Below are positions 21,527-31,760 of a stretch of 64,000 bases of DNA, piece by piece. The stretch's first letter is position 1. Every line of letters starts with the position of its first letter. The translations under genes and the position numbers were made by a program. The notes under the pieces were generated by a model, which saw only the letters and a program-made list of their open reading frames with translations, had not been told where the DNA came from and did not search any database. This DNA comes from an uncultured Gemmatimonadales bacterium (GTDB lineage Bacteria > Gemmatimonadota > Gemmatimonadetes > Gemmatimonadales > GWC2-71-9), in assembly GCA_963697755.1 (NCBI GenBank), contig CAVOPE010000001.1, positions 84,912-148,911 of the forward strand, read 5' to 3'.

Positions 21527-22703
21527 CCTCCCTCTACCTGCTGGAGCCGGAGCAGCCGGGTGCCGAATGGGCCCCCTTTGCCGGCGCTCGGCCGGTCGCC
21601 GAGCTGCCTGCCGGCGCGTGGCGCATTCGGGAGCGGTGGGAAGCGGCCTGCCAGGCTGAGGCCTCCGCGATTCTGGGCGAGCACGTCGACGGATTCGTCG
21701 AAGGCGACACACCTCCGGTTCGCGCGCCGGCGCCGATCGACGGGCCCGCGGTCGTCGCGGCCAGCTGGTTCGCCCCCACCGGGGACCGAATCGCGGAGCT
21801 CGAACACGGCACCGCGGTACGGCGGCTGGCGCACCGCGGGACCACGGTCGCGTGGTTGGTTCCAGCCGGCGAGCGGTGGGAAGGCCCGCAGGAGCGGGGT
21901 GACGCCGTCGAAGTGGAAGGGCTTTTGCTCCGCGGTAGCTTCGATTTGGTCGCGGCACTCGAGCGGTTCCTGTGCGAGGACTGCACCGACTTTCGGGGGG
22001 CGTCGTCCAGCGGGGTGCCGGAGGGCAGCGTCGTCCTCGGCGACCCGGCAGACGTGATCGTCATGGGCGCCGCGGTCGAGCCGGGCGTGGTGTTCGACGT
22101 CCGCCAGGGTGCGGTCGTGCTCGAAGCCGGCGTGGAGGTGCGGCACGGCACGCGGCTCGAGGGCCCGGTGTTCGTCGGCACGAACTCGAAGGTCCTCGGC
22201 GGGTTCATCCGTGCGTCGACATTCGGTCCCGAGTGCCGGGTGCACGGGGAGATCGCGACGAGCGCCTTTCTCGGCTACGCCAACAAGGCACACGACGGCT
22301 TCGTCGGTCACAGCGTCGTAGGGCACTGGGTCAACCTGGGCGCCTTGACCACCACCTCCAACCTCAAGAACACCTACGGGCCGGTGCGCCTGGTGGTCGG
22401 CGACCGTCGGATCGACACCGGCCGACAATACCTCGGCACGCTGTTCGGTGATCACGCCAAGACCGCGATCGGCACCATGCTCGGGACCGGCACCGTGGTG
22501 GGCACCGGTGCGAACGTGTTCGGCCGCGGCGCCGCCCAAGCACGTGCCCGGCGTTCGCGTGGGGCAGCGCCAGTGGCGAGCGACTCACGGTCGACGGCTT
22601 CCTCCGGATCGTCGAGCGGGTGTTGCCGCGGCGCGGGCTCGAGCTGACGCCGGAGTGGCGCCGGTCGCTCGAGCGCACGTACGCCCGGGCAACCAGCGGA
22701 TGA
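21523..22703 (+). CDS. GlmU-like sugar nucleotidyltransferase with left-handed beta-helix; two frame breaks (about 22531 and 22550)
   Basis: ATGA start at 21523. The hexapeptide-repeat region is ..GHWVNLGALTTTSNLKNTYG..GTGTVVGTGANVFG. The continuation is split over three frames: PPKHVP, then AFAWGSASGERLTVDGFLRIVERVLPRRGLELTPEWRRSLERTYARATSG with the stop at 22701-22703. Confidence 0.65.
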
Positions 22704-23509
22704 TGCGGCTCTACGTGCTGGGGTCCGGGTCGCGCGGGAACTGCTGTGCGGTGGAGGCGGAAGGCTCGGCCCTGCTGCTGGACGCGGGCTTCAGCGCGCG
22801 GGAAGTCGAGCGCCGCGCCGAGGTGGTCGGACTGGACCTCGCCCGGGTGGTGGGCATCGCGCTCACGCACGAGCACGGCGACCACGCGTGCGGCGCGGCC
22901 CGCCTCGCGCGGCGGCTCGGCGCGCCGGTGCTGACCGCGGCCGGCACGTGGGACCGCCTGGCGCCGCGCATGGGCGCGGCCAGCTACCGCACGATCGGAT
23001 GCCAGGCGGCCCTGGAGCTGGGTCCCTTCCGCCTGGCAGCGTGCCCGACCAGTCACGACGCCGCGGACCCGCTTGCCCTGGCCGTGCGGACGACCGACGG
23101 CACCGGCATCGGCGTCGCCTACGATCTAGGAAGGCCGACCTCCGCGGTGCGCTACCTGCTGCGCGACCTCACCGCCTTGGTGCTGGAGGCCAACTATGAC
23201 GAGGTCGCGCTCCGCACGAGCGGGTACCCACCGGTCGTGCAGCGCCGGATCGCCGGCTCGGGGGGCCACCTCTCCAATCGTGCGGCGGCCGAGCTGTTGA
23301 CCGAGCTGCACCACCCCGGCCTCGCCGTCGTGGTCCTTGCCCACCTGAGCCAGCGTTGCAACACGGCCGACGACGCCCGTGCCACCGTCGGCCCGGCGCT
23401 CCGACGGGTGGGGTTCGGGGGGACGCTGCACGTCGCCGGCCAGGACGAGCCGCTTCCGGCGATCGACGTGACGAGCCCGGGACAGGTGCAGCTGCGATTG
23501 GCGTTGTAG
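22700..23509 (+). CDS. MBL-fold metallo-hydrolase
   Basis: MMRLYVLGSGSRGN.., THEHGDH (HxHxDH motif), 269 aa. ATGA overlap with the upstream gene. Confidence 0.8.
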   Translation: MMRLYVLGSGSRGNCCAVEAEGSALLLDAGFSAREVERRAEVVGLDLARVVGIALTHEHGDHACGAARLARRLGAPVLTAAGTWDRLAPRMGAASYRTIGCQAALELGPFRLAACPTSHDAADPLALAVRTTDGTGIGVAYDLGRPTSAVRYLLRDLTALVLEANYDEVALRTSGYPPVVQRRIAGSGGHLSNRAAAELLTELHHPGLAVVVLAHLSQRCNTADDARATVGPALRRVGFGGTLHVAGQDEPLPAIDVTSPGQVQLRLAL

Positions 23510-23615
23510 GCGGACAAGCGGACAGGGGCTGCGGGCAGCGGGCAGCCGAGGTATCGAGCCGCGGCCATCACCCCCAACGCGGTCGAAGTCTGCCGCCCTG
23601 CTCCCTGCCGGGCCG

Positions 23616-24002
23616 TTATGACGGCTGCGTGTCCGGATCCGGCGGCACTGGAATCGAGTCCGGCCGCGGCGACGGTGGGCCGACGCGCTGGAAGGTGATC
23701 GGCTCGTTGAGATCGCCGCCCGAGAGGGTCAGGTTCTTCCCCTTCAGCTTGAGCCGGTAGTTCACCCACTCGCCGCCCAGGGCCAGCGCCAGGCTGTCGC
23801 CGGCGATCCGCCATCGCACGGTCTGCGTGCCGTAGCTGGCGCTGCTGTCCGGCCGCACGATGACGGTCCGCGGACCTTCCTTCTTCTGATCCTGCTTGAG
23901 GTCGAACTGCCAGGTGCCGAGAATGGCCGCCGTCTTCTGCTGCGCGGCGGCCACGGTCGGGGCAACCATCAGAGCGGCGACCAGCATCCAACCGAACTTC
24001 AC
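23616..24002 (-). CDS. hypothetical secreted protein
   Basis: 128 aa, GTG 24002, signal peptide MKFGWMLVAALMVAPTVAAAQ and a Pro-rich C-terminus. Confidence 0.55.
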   Translation of the reverse strand: MKFGWMLVAALMVAPTVAAAQQKTAAILGTWQFDLKQDQKKEGPRTVIVRPDSSASYGTQTVRWRIAGDSLALALGGEWVNYRLKLKGKNLTLSGGDLNEPITFQRVGPPSPRPDSIPVPPDPDTQPS

Positions 24003-24083
24003 GGTATCCCCCGCGGTGACGGAATTCTGCCTGCCAGCTGCGCCTATAGTCTAACCGCGAGGTCCGCGCCGACCAATCATGCC

Positions 24084-24698
24084 TTACTTGCTGATGGGGA
24101 CCCCGAAGCCCACGGCGAGGTGGACGTCGTTCTGGGTCTTGTTCTCGGCCTGGAGCGTGGTCTCGTCGATGCGCGTGCCGTAGATGTAGTCGTCCGCGGC
24201 CACGTAGAAGCTCAACATGCTACCCAAGCGGAAGCCCACGGTCGCGCCCACGACGCCGCCGATGTCGTCCTGGTCCGCCGTGCCGGCGTACGCGTCGCGG
24301 CTCCGACGGATGTAGCTGGCACCACCGTTCACGCCGAGCCAAACGGGGGCGGTGATCGGAAGGACGTACAGGGTCGCCCGGGCGCTGCCGAACAGCAGGT
24401 TGGCCTTGTCCTGGACCTGCTCCCCGGTCGCCAGGTCGAGCGTGAGGTCGCTGGGCACGTAGGTCACCGAGGTGAGGATGCCGAACCGCGGGCTCACGTG
24501 CACGGCCAGCCGGCCGCCGACCGCCAGGCCGACCTCCTGCTTGAACTCATCGCCATTCGCTGCCTTGACGAGCTCGCTCGTCGGGATGTACACCCCGATC
24601 GTCGGCGAGATCGAGACCTTTTGCGCCGTCGCGGCGGCGCTCGGCGCGAGGATGACCGCCAGCGCAACGGCGACGACGCGGGACATGGGGCGGAGCAT
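24084..24698 (-). CDS. outer-membrane beta-barrel protein (OmpW/porin-like)
   Basis: Signal peptide ..APSAAATAQ, alternating-hydrophobic strands, and a C-terminal ..VHLAVGFGVPISK. AGGAGA SD before ATG 24698. Confidence 0.65.
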   Translation of the reverse strand: MLRPMSRVVAVALAVILAPSAAATAQKVSISPTIGVYIPTSELVKAANGDEFKQEVGLAVGGRLAVHVSPRFGILTSVTYVPSDLTLDLATGEQVQDKANLLFGSARATLYVLPITAPVWLGVNGGASYIRRSRDAYAGTADQDDIGGVVGATVGFRLGSMLSFYVAADDYIYGTRIDETTLQAENKTQNDVHLAVGFGVPISK

Positions 24699-24905
24699 CG
24701 GGTTCTCCTATCGGGGTGGGGTGAGTTCAGCGCGGTCGGACGGACCGGTCAGCCAGTAAGACGAGCCGATCCGGCCGGGATTCTCACTCACCGCCCAGCT
24801 GCTCCTGGAAGGCTGTCGTCCCAATCTGCTCGCCGCCGCGCAGAAGGCCGTCAGGTGAGGCGTCAAGCGCTTGCTGGCTGGCGGTTGTGGGCTGCCCCGG
24901 GGGTG

Positions 24906-24946
24906 AAAAACAGCAGAGCGCCCCGGGATCGCTCCCGGGGCGCTCT
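24906..24946 (-). terminator. rho-independent terminator of groES-groEL
   Basis: Perfect 13-bp stem agagcgccccggg / cccggggcgctct with a 6-nt loop, followed on the minus strand by GCUGUUUUU. Confidence 0.8.
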
Positions 24947-24969
24947 GGACTGCTGGACTGCTGAGCTGC

Positions 24970-26949
<1,980 letters not shown>

Positions 26950-27003
26950 CTCTTGTCCTCCACAGCGTGGTATGAGTGATATAAGATCTTTGTTGACAGC
27001 GGT

Positions 27004-27030
27004 TTAGCACTCTAGTATGTCGAGTGCTAA
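27004..27030. promoter_or_regulatory. CIRCE operator (HrcA binding site)
   Basis: TTAGCACTC-tagtatgtc-GAGTGCTAA, a perfect match to the consensus inverted repeat with a 9-nt spacer, 55 nt upstream of groES. Confidence 0.9.
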
Positions 27031-27042
27031 AATCTGGTCGCA

Positions 27043-27070
27043 AAGATAAGCCGATCGCATGGCCTGTCAA
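27043..27070 (-). promoter_or_regulatory. groES-groEL promoter
   Basis: On the minus strand: TTGACA (27070-27065), 16 nt spacer, TATCTT (27048-27043). CIRCE begins about 12 nt downstream of the -10. Confidence 0.65.
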
Positions 27071-27194
27071 GCCATTCGAGCGCCCCGAGAAGCAATTGTG
27101 CGGCCGTGGAACACCGTCACTCCGGCAGATCGGCCGGGACAAGGTGGCGGATCGGGCCGACGGACGCGCCAGACCGACAGCGCCGGCGGCATGA

Positions 27195-28034
27195 CTAGAG
27201 GTCCATCCGCAACTCCGCGCCCAGGTAACGGCTCTCCTGCCGGAAGAACTGCCGCTGGGTGGACAACCCGTCGTGGGCGATGAGGGCGATCCCGAGTTCC
27301 CGCCCGTTGGATGCGGACGCGAGTGCCAGGCCCAGCCTGGCCGAGCTGCTGATTCGCCAGTTGGTGGCCGCCTCGCCGCCGAAGAAGACGCCCCCGACCG
27401 CGCGGAGAGGACCACCCAGCACGCTGCCCAGCGACCGGCCGCGGAAATCGAGCCCCAGCGCGGCCCCTGGTCGGTCCAGATCCAGCTCGTCGTCCAGGAC
27501 GTAGCTCAGATTGCCCGAGACCCGGAGCGGACCGGTGCCGTAGCTCACCCAGGCCGAGGCGACTTCGCGCGTCCAGTCAAGACGGTCGACATCGAACCGG
27601 TCGCTGTATTCGTCGCCCAGGTGGCTGCTTTCGTGGTACACCTCACCAGTGAGCGTCCACGCACCGAGGGACGCGGTGGTGTTGAGTCCGACCACCCAAT
27701 CGTTGCTGATGAGCGCGCTCTTCGGGTCCTGCAGGCTGAAGCGCCCGTACACCTCGGCGCCGAAGCCCAGCGACACGGGGCGGTCCCCGCGGCGCAACGC
27801 CACTACCGGGATGTTCTCCCCCAGCGCCACCTCCGCCTCGGGCTCGCTCCCGAACTCGCTGTCGCCGCGCCGCGCGGACAGCACCCGCCCCGCGAGGCCG
27901 TACACCCGGGGCGACGCCTGCGGGAGCTCGAAGCTCGGCACACTGGGGAAGATGCGGCTCTGCGCCGTGGCGGGCGCCACCGGCGACAAGAACGCCGCCA
28001 CGAGGGCAACGCGCCGCGCGCGCATGCTTGACAT
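27195..28034 (-). CDS. DUF1207-like outer-membrane protein (family call tentative)
   Basis: Start at ATG 28034 or 28025 (MSSMRARRVALVAAFLSPVAPATAQ signal peptide). Contains ..GEVYHESSHLGDEY.. and ends ..RYLGAELRMDL. Confidence 0.55.
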   Translation of the reverse strand: MSSMRARRVALVAAFLSPVAPATAQSRIFPSVPSFELPQASPRVYGLAGRVLSARRGDSEFGSEPEAEVALGENIPVVALRRGDRPVSLGFGAEVYGRFSLQDPKSALISNDWVVGLNTTASLGAWTLTGEVYHESSHLGDEYSDRFDVDRLDWTREVASAWVSYGTGPLRVSGNLSYVLDDELDLDRPGAALGLDFRGRSLGSVLGGPLRAVGGVFFGGEAATNWRISSSARLGLALASASNGRELGIALIAHDGLSTQRQFFRQESRYLGAELRMDL

Positions 28035-28171
28035 TGACTTGACGCCCTCGGATTTTCCGCTCGCTTGCGCCGGTCTCGAACCGACAGACAGCATGAACGC
28101 GCGTAACTTGTCCGACGGCCGGAAGCGGCGCAATGCCGTCACGGACGTTGTCCCTCGTCGCGGAGCCTCGC

Positions 28172-29284
28172 ATGCTGGTGTGGAGTACGTTGCTCGCCGC
28201 TTCGGCCCTCGTGGCCCCGGGTCAGGTCCCGCCCGCGTCGGTCAGCGTCACCGTCGACTCGTCCGAGCACGAGCTCACGATCAAGGCCGGACCGTACGAC
28301 CTGCCGAATATGCCGCCCATGGACGCTCGCACGATGATGAACCTGGGCATGGCGCACGACATGCCGGTCCAGCAATTCGAGTGGCCGATCGACGGCTGGT
28401 TCCGCGGCTTCCGCGTGGACCTGGTCGACGCCAAGGGCCACCCGGTCCCGCGCCACGTCATGCACCACCTCATCATGGTGAATTTCAGCCGGCGCCAGCT
28501 CATCTACTCCGCGGCCGAGCGGCTCATGGGCGCCGGCACCGAGACCGACGGCGAGATCACCGTTCCTAAGACGATCGGGGTGCCGATGTCGCCCGGCATG
28601 AAGCTGGGAATGTACGTGGCGTGGCACAACGACACCGGCAAGGATCTCGACGGCGTGTATCTCAAGCTGACCATGCTGTGGACGCCCAAGAACCAGAATC
28701 CGCAACCGGTCAACTCGATGCCCATCTACATGGACGTCAACCTGACCGTGGGCGGGAGCAACACGTTCGACGTGCCGCCGGGCAAGTCGTCGAAGTCGTT
28801 TGAATTCACCCTGCCGGTCGGCGGCCGCCTGCTCGGCGTCGGGGGCCACATGCACGACTACGGCGTCAGCGTGCGGCTCGAAGACGCGGAGACCGGCAGG
28901 GTCGTCACCCGCGTGGTGGCAACTCGCGATGCCAAGGGCAAGGTCACCAAAGTAAGCCGGAAGCTCTACGGCGTGAGCGGCGACGGACTCAAGCTCAAGG
29001 TGCATCACAAGTATCGGGTCGTCGCGGATTACGACAATCCGACCAACGAGACCAGGATCAAGGGCGCGATGGCCCACATGGTCGGCCTGTTCGTGCCCGA
29101 CGACATGAGCCAGTGGCCCAAGATCGACCCCAGCGATCCCGCCTATCAGCGCGATCTGGCCTCATTGCAGGTCGGCGGCGAGACCGCCCAGGCAATGGAC
29201 CATGGTGGCCATGGCGGGCACACCGGTGGCGCCCAGATGGATCACGGCCAGATGCAGCACGGCGCGCACGAGGCGCACGAGTAG
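28172..29284 (+). CDS. secreted protein with PHM/DBH-like copper-site His/Met pattern and a His/Met-rich tail (putative copper monooxygenase-like)
   Basis: Signal peptide MLVWSTLLAASALVAPG. Motifs VMHHLIM, AWHND, GGHMHDYG and AMAHMVG. C-terminal tail AQAMDHGGHGGHTGGAQMDHGQMQHGAHEAHE. Confidence 0.45.
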   Translation: MLVWSTLLAASALVAPGQVPPASVSVTVDSSEHELTIKAGPYDLPNMPPMDARTMMNLGMAHDMPVQQFEWPIDGWFRGFRVDLVDAKGHPVPRHVMHHLIMVNFSRRQLIYSAAERLMGAGTETDGEITVPKTIGVPMSPGMKLGMYVAWHNDTGKDLDGVYLKLTMLWTPKNQNPQPVNSMPIYMDVNLTVGGSNTFDVPPGKSSKSFEFTLPVGGRLLGVGGHMHDYGVSVRLEDAETGRVVTRVVATRDAKGKVTKVSRKLYGVSGDGLKLKVHHKYRVVADYDNPTNETRIKGAMAHMVGLFVPDDMSQWPKIDPSDPAYQRDLASLQVGGETAQAMDHGGHGGHTGGAQMDHGQMQHGAHEAHE

Positions 29285-29310
29285 CATCGCTCGCCCCTCT
29301 GGCGCCATAC

Positions 29311-29346
29311 ACGAAGGGCCTGCCACGCAAGCGGCAGGCCCTTCGT
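29311..29346. terminator. bidirectional hairpin between convergent genes
   Basis: Perfect 14-bp stem acgaagggcctgcc / ggcaggcccttcgt with an 8-nt loop. No clear U tract. A C9 run follows at 29352-29360. Confidence 0.55.
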
Positions 29347-29372
29347 CGATTCCCCCCCCCGGCAATGCTCCG

Positions 29373-30374
29373 CTACGGCACGATCCGTCGGACGCCGACC
29401 CACCTGGTGTACCACCAGCGACCGTACGGATCGTCGGCGCTGAGTGTGCTTACCTGAACGCCGCGGGTCGCGCTGTGGATGAATCGGCGCCCACCGATGT
29501 AGAGACCAACGTGGGTGACCGCCCCGCCGCGGTTCGAGAATGTGAGCAGGTCGCCGGGGAGGAGCGCTGTGACCGACTTGCGGACCTTTTGGCCTTCACG
29601 CGCCTGATCCACACTGCGTCGCGGCAGCGTGATGCCATGGCGACCGTACGCGTACTGGATGAGCCCCGAGCAGTCGAAGCCTTCGCCATCGGCGCCGGTG
29701 CCGCCGTACTGATAGGGTCGGCCCATGACCTCGGTTGCGGTCGCGATCACGGAATCGGCGAGTCGAGAGGAGGATGTGGCTGGAGCCGTGGACGGCGGTT
29801 GCGGGGAAGGAAGCGATGTCGCGGGCGTCCGGGGGATCACATCGCTTCCCGTTTCGGTCGCGCTGCTCGCCGTGCTGCCCGCGGGCGGCGGCGTAGCCGA
29901 TCCGCGGCCGCCGCCCAGGTTGAGCGAAATGCCTGCCGCGAGCTCCAGCCCCTTGCGCCGGTCCAGCGAGATCTCGCGCCATCGCGCCTCGAGGCCAACG
30001 CGCAGGAAGGACGCCGGCACCAGCTCGTAGCCTCCCCCCGCGGACCACGACGTCCAGGTGCTGGAAAACGATTGCGAGTGCGGCGACCCCATCCCGGCCG
30101 CGAGGCCGGCCACCAGATACGGTCCGCCGCCGCGGAACGCCGTCACGTCCAGGCCCAGCCCGGCGAAGGCACCGTCGGCGTCGCCCACCCGGCGCAGGTA
30201 GTCGCCATGGACGGTGGTGCTGAGCGGTCCCGTCAATGGCCGGTCCACTCCCAGGCGGTACAGCGTCCAGCCCTCGTCTTCGTAGAATCGCCCCACGTTG
30301 GCCTGGACGCCTTGGGCGACGGCCATGTCGGCGACACCGGCCAGCGCGAGCAGCGCGACCGCGAGGCGCCTCAT
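29373..30374 (-). CDS. NlpC/P60 peptidoglycan hydrolase with an N-terminal beta-barrel-like domain
   Basis: ATG 30374 gives MRRLAVALLALAGVADMAVAQ (signal peptide). About 170 aa of alternating-hydrophobic strands follow, then a Ser/Thr/Pro linker. The C-terminal part is GRPYQYGGTGADGEGFDCSGLIQYAY..THVGLYIG..FIHS (NlpC/P60 Cys-His). Confidence 0.75.
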   Translation of the reverse strand: MRRLAVALLALAGVADMAVAQGVQANVGRFYEDEGWTLYRLGVDRPLTGPLSTTVHGDYLRRVGDADGAFAGLGLDVTAFRGGGPYLVAGLAAGMGSPHSQSFSSTWTSWSAGGGYELVPASFLRVGLEARWREISLDRRKGLELAAGISLNLGGGRGSATPPPAGSTASSATETGSDVIPRTPATSLPSPQPPSTAPATSSSRLADSVIATATEVMGRPYQYGGTGADGEGFDCSGLIQYAYGRHGITLPRRSVDQAREGQKVRKSVTALLPGDLLTFSNRGGAVTHVGLYIGGRRFIHSATRGVQVSTLSADDPYGRWWYTRWVGVRRIVP

Positions 30375-30751
30375 TGCTCCCTCACGGGCCGGCCCGTGCG
30401 GAGGTCGACCAGATAGCGGTCGCCAGGCGCGCAGTGATCGGAGAGCCGGGCACGGAAGGTCGTGTCGTTGACGAGCTCGGGCGCCGAGTTGGTGTAGAGC
30501 AGCGGCACGGGGATGCGCTGGGCGCCTCGCCGAATCTCGACCGCGCGATCGGTACAGCGCCCGGTCGGTCCGCTGTCCGGCCGCGCCAGGGTGAACCAGA
30601 TTTCGGCGCCGCCCGGCGCCGTCGTCACCAGTGACTCTGCGGGAGCCGACGGTTCTTCGGCGTTCGCCTGCGCTGCACCGGCGACCGTGCGCTTGTCGGC
30701 GCACGCGAATGTGCCCACCATGGCTGCGCCCAGCAGAAATCGGGCGCTCAC
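30371..30751 (-). CDS. hypothetical lipoprotein
   Basis: GTG 30751 (GTGA overlap). VSARFLLGAAMVGTFAC|ADK lipobox. 126 aa. Confidence 0.55.
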   Translation of the reverse strand: MSARFLLGAAMVGTFACADKRTVAGAAQANAEEPSAPAESLVTTAPGGAEIWFTLARPDSGPTGRCTDRAVEIRRGAQRIPVPLLYTNSAPELVNDTTFRARLSDHCAPGDRYLVDLRTGRPVREQ

Positions 30752-31059
30752 TGCGTCGGACCTTCCGGCGACCCGGCACCCGGCAACACGAGTCCGACCG
30801 TGTCCGGTGTTCCGTCCTCCGTCACGGCCAGCACTTCGCGGGCTTCGGGGCTCTGGCGCAGGTAGTGGAGCCACAGGATGATCGCCGCGAACCCGCTGAC
30901 CGCTCCACACAGCGCCGTCACCGCCAGCCCATCGACCGGATCCTCGATCCGCATCGCCAGCAACGCGCCGCCGACCGCCCCGAAAAACGAAGCTGCCCAC
31001 GCCAGAAACGGCGTGAGCAGCCATCCGAACACCCGAAAGACCAGCCGAAGCCAGCGCAT
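30748..31059 (-). CDS. hypothetical small membrane protein
   Basis: 103 aa with three predicted TM helices (WLLTPFLAWAASFFGAVGGALLA, GLAVTALCGAVSGFAAIILWL). Confidence 0.5.
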   Translation of the reverse strand: MRWLRLVFRVFGWLLTPFLAWAASFFGAVGGALLAMRIEDPVDGLAVTALCGAVSGFAAIILWLHYLRQSPEAREVLAVTEDGTPDTVGLVLPGAGSPEGPTQ

Positions 31060-31062
31060 GCC

Positions 31063-31695
31063 TCAGGCGCGTTTCGCGCCCAGCCCCGAGAAGAGAGTGG
31101 CCAGCGCGAGCCCGGGCAGGAACGCGACGCCGAACGTGCCCAGGTTCCAGCTCGCGCCCGGGAACCGGATCAGCACGGCGACCACGGCGCACACCACCGC
31201 CAGGACGACCGCGGTGCCGAACGCCGCGGCCGGCGACACCCCGCCCGACTTGACGAGCTGGTTCGCCATCATCCACGCGCCGAACCACGGCAGGAACGTG
31301 CCGACCATCCACCAGACCGGGTGATACCACCAGTTGCTGCCGCCGCCGAGGTCCATCCAGCGGTGTCCGTACGTCCCGATGTTCTGGAGCAGCGTGACGT
31401 CGATCAGCAGAAAGGTCACCGCCGCGCCCAGACCGATGCCCGCGGCCCCGGCGATCCCTTCAATGGTGCGTGGCCGGGTCCAGAGGCCGGGCAGGAGCGT
31501 CACGGCGGCCAGGCCGACCAGTACGATCACGGCGAGGATGGCGGTCTGGAGCGTGCCGTTCGGCAGCAGGTGGGAGACGAGCGAGATCGCCAGGACGATC
31601 ACGGACTCGAGCAGCCCGAGCTTCACCGCTCCTCGAACGATCGCGGGAATATCCGTCAGGTCGTGGTCCGTGCGCAGTTCCACTGCCGAGTGCAT
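31063..31695 (-). CDS. hypothetical polytopic membrane protein (Trp-rich loop)
   Basis: ATG 31695, 210 aa, several TM helices, and the segment GGGSNWWYHPVWWMVGTFLPWFGAWMMANQ. Confidence 0.55.
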   Translation of the reverse strand: MHSAVELRTDHDLTDIPAIVRGAVKLGLLESVIVLAISLVSHLLPNGTLQTAILAVIVLVGLAAVTLLPGLWTRPRTIEGIAGAAGIGLGAAVTFLLIDVTLLQNIGTYGHRWMDLGGGSNWWYHPVWWMVGTFLPWFGAWMMANQLVKSGGVSPAAAFGTAVVLAVVCAVVAVLIRFPGASWNLGTFGVAFLPGLALATLFSGLGAKRA

Positions 31696-31760
31696 GCCGT
31701 CTCCGTGAGGGGTGAGAATGCGAAGTATACGCAGCGGGCGAGCGACCGGCCAAGGCCCGC

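Noticed and set aside
24947-24962. Direct repeat ggactgct x2 downstream of groEL
   Set aside because: It is too short to be meaningful and lies between the stop codon and the terminator stem.
28027-28043. Three overlapping TTGAC motifs (cTTGACATTGACTTGACg) as a promoter cluster
   Set aside because: They overlap the start codon region of the DUF1207-like gene (ATG 28034/28025). No acceptable -10 element follows at 16-18 nt on the plus strand.
29352-29360. C9 homopolymer as a phase-variation switch
   Set aside because: It lies between two convergent gene ends, not in a promoter or coding region, so length changes would have no obvious effect. It is more relevant as an error-prone site.
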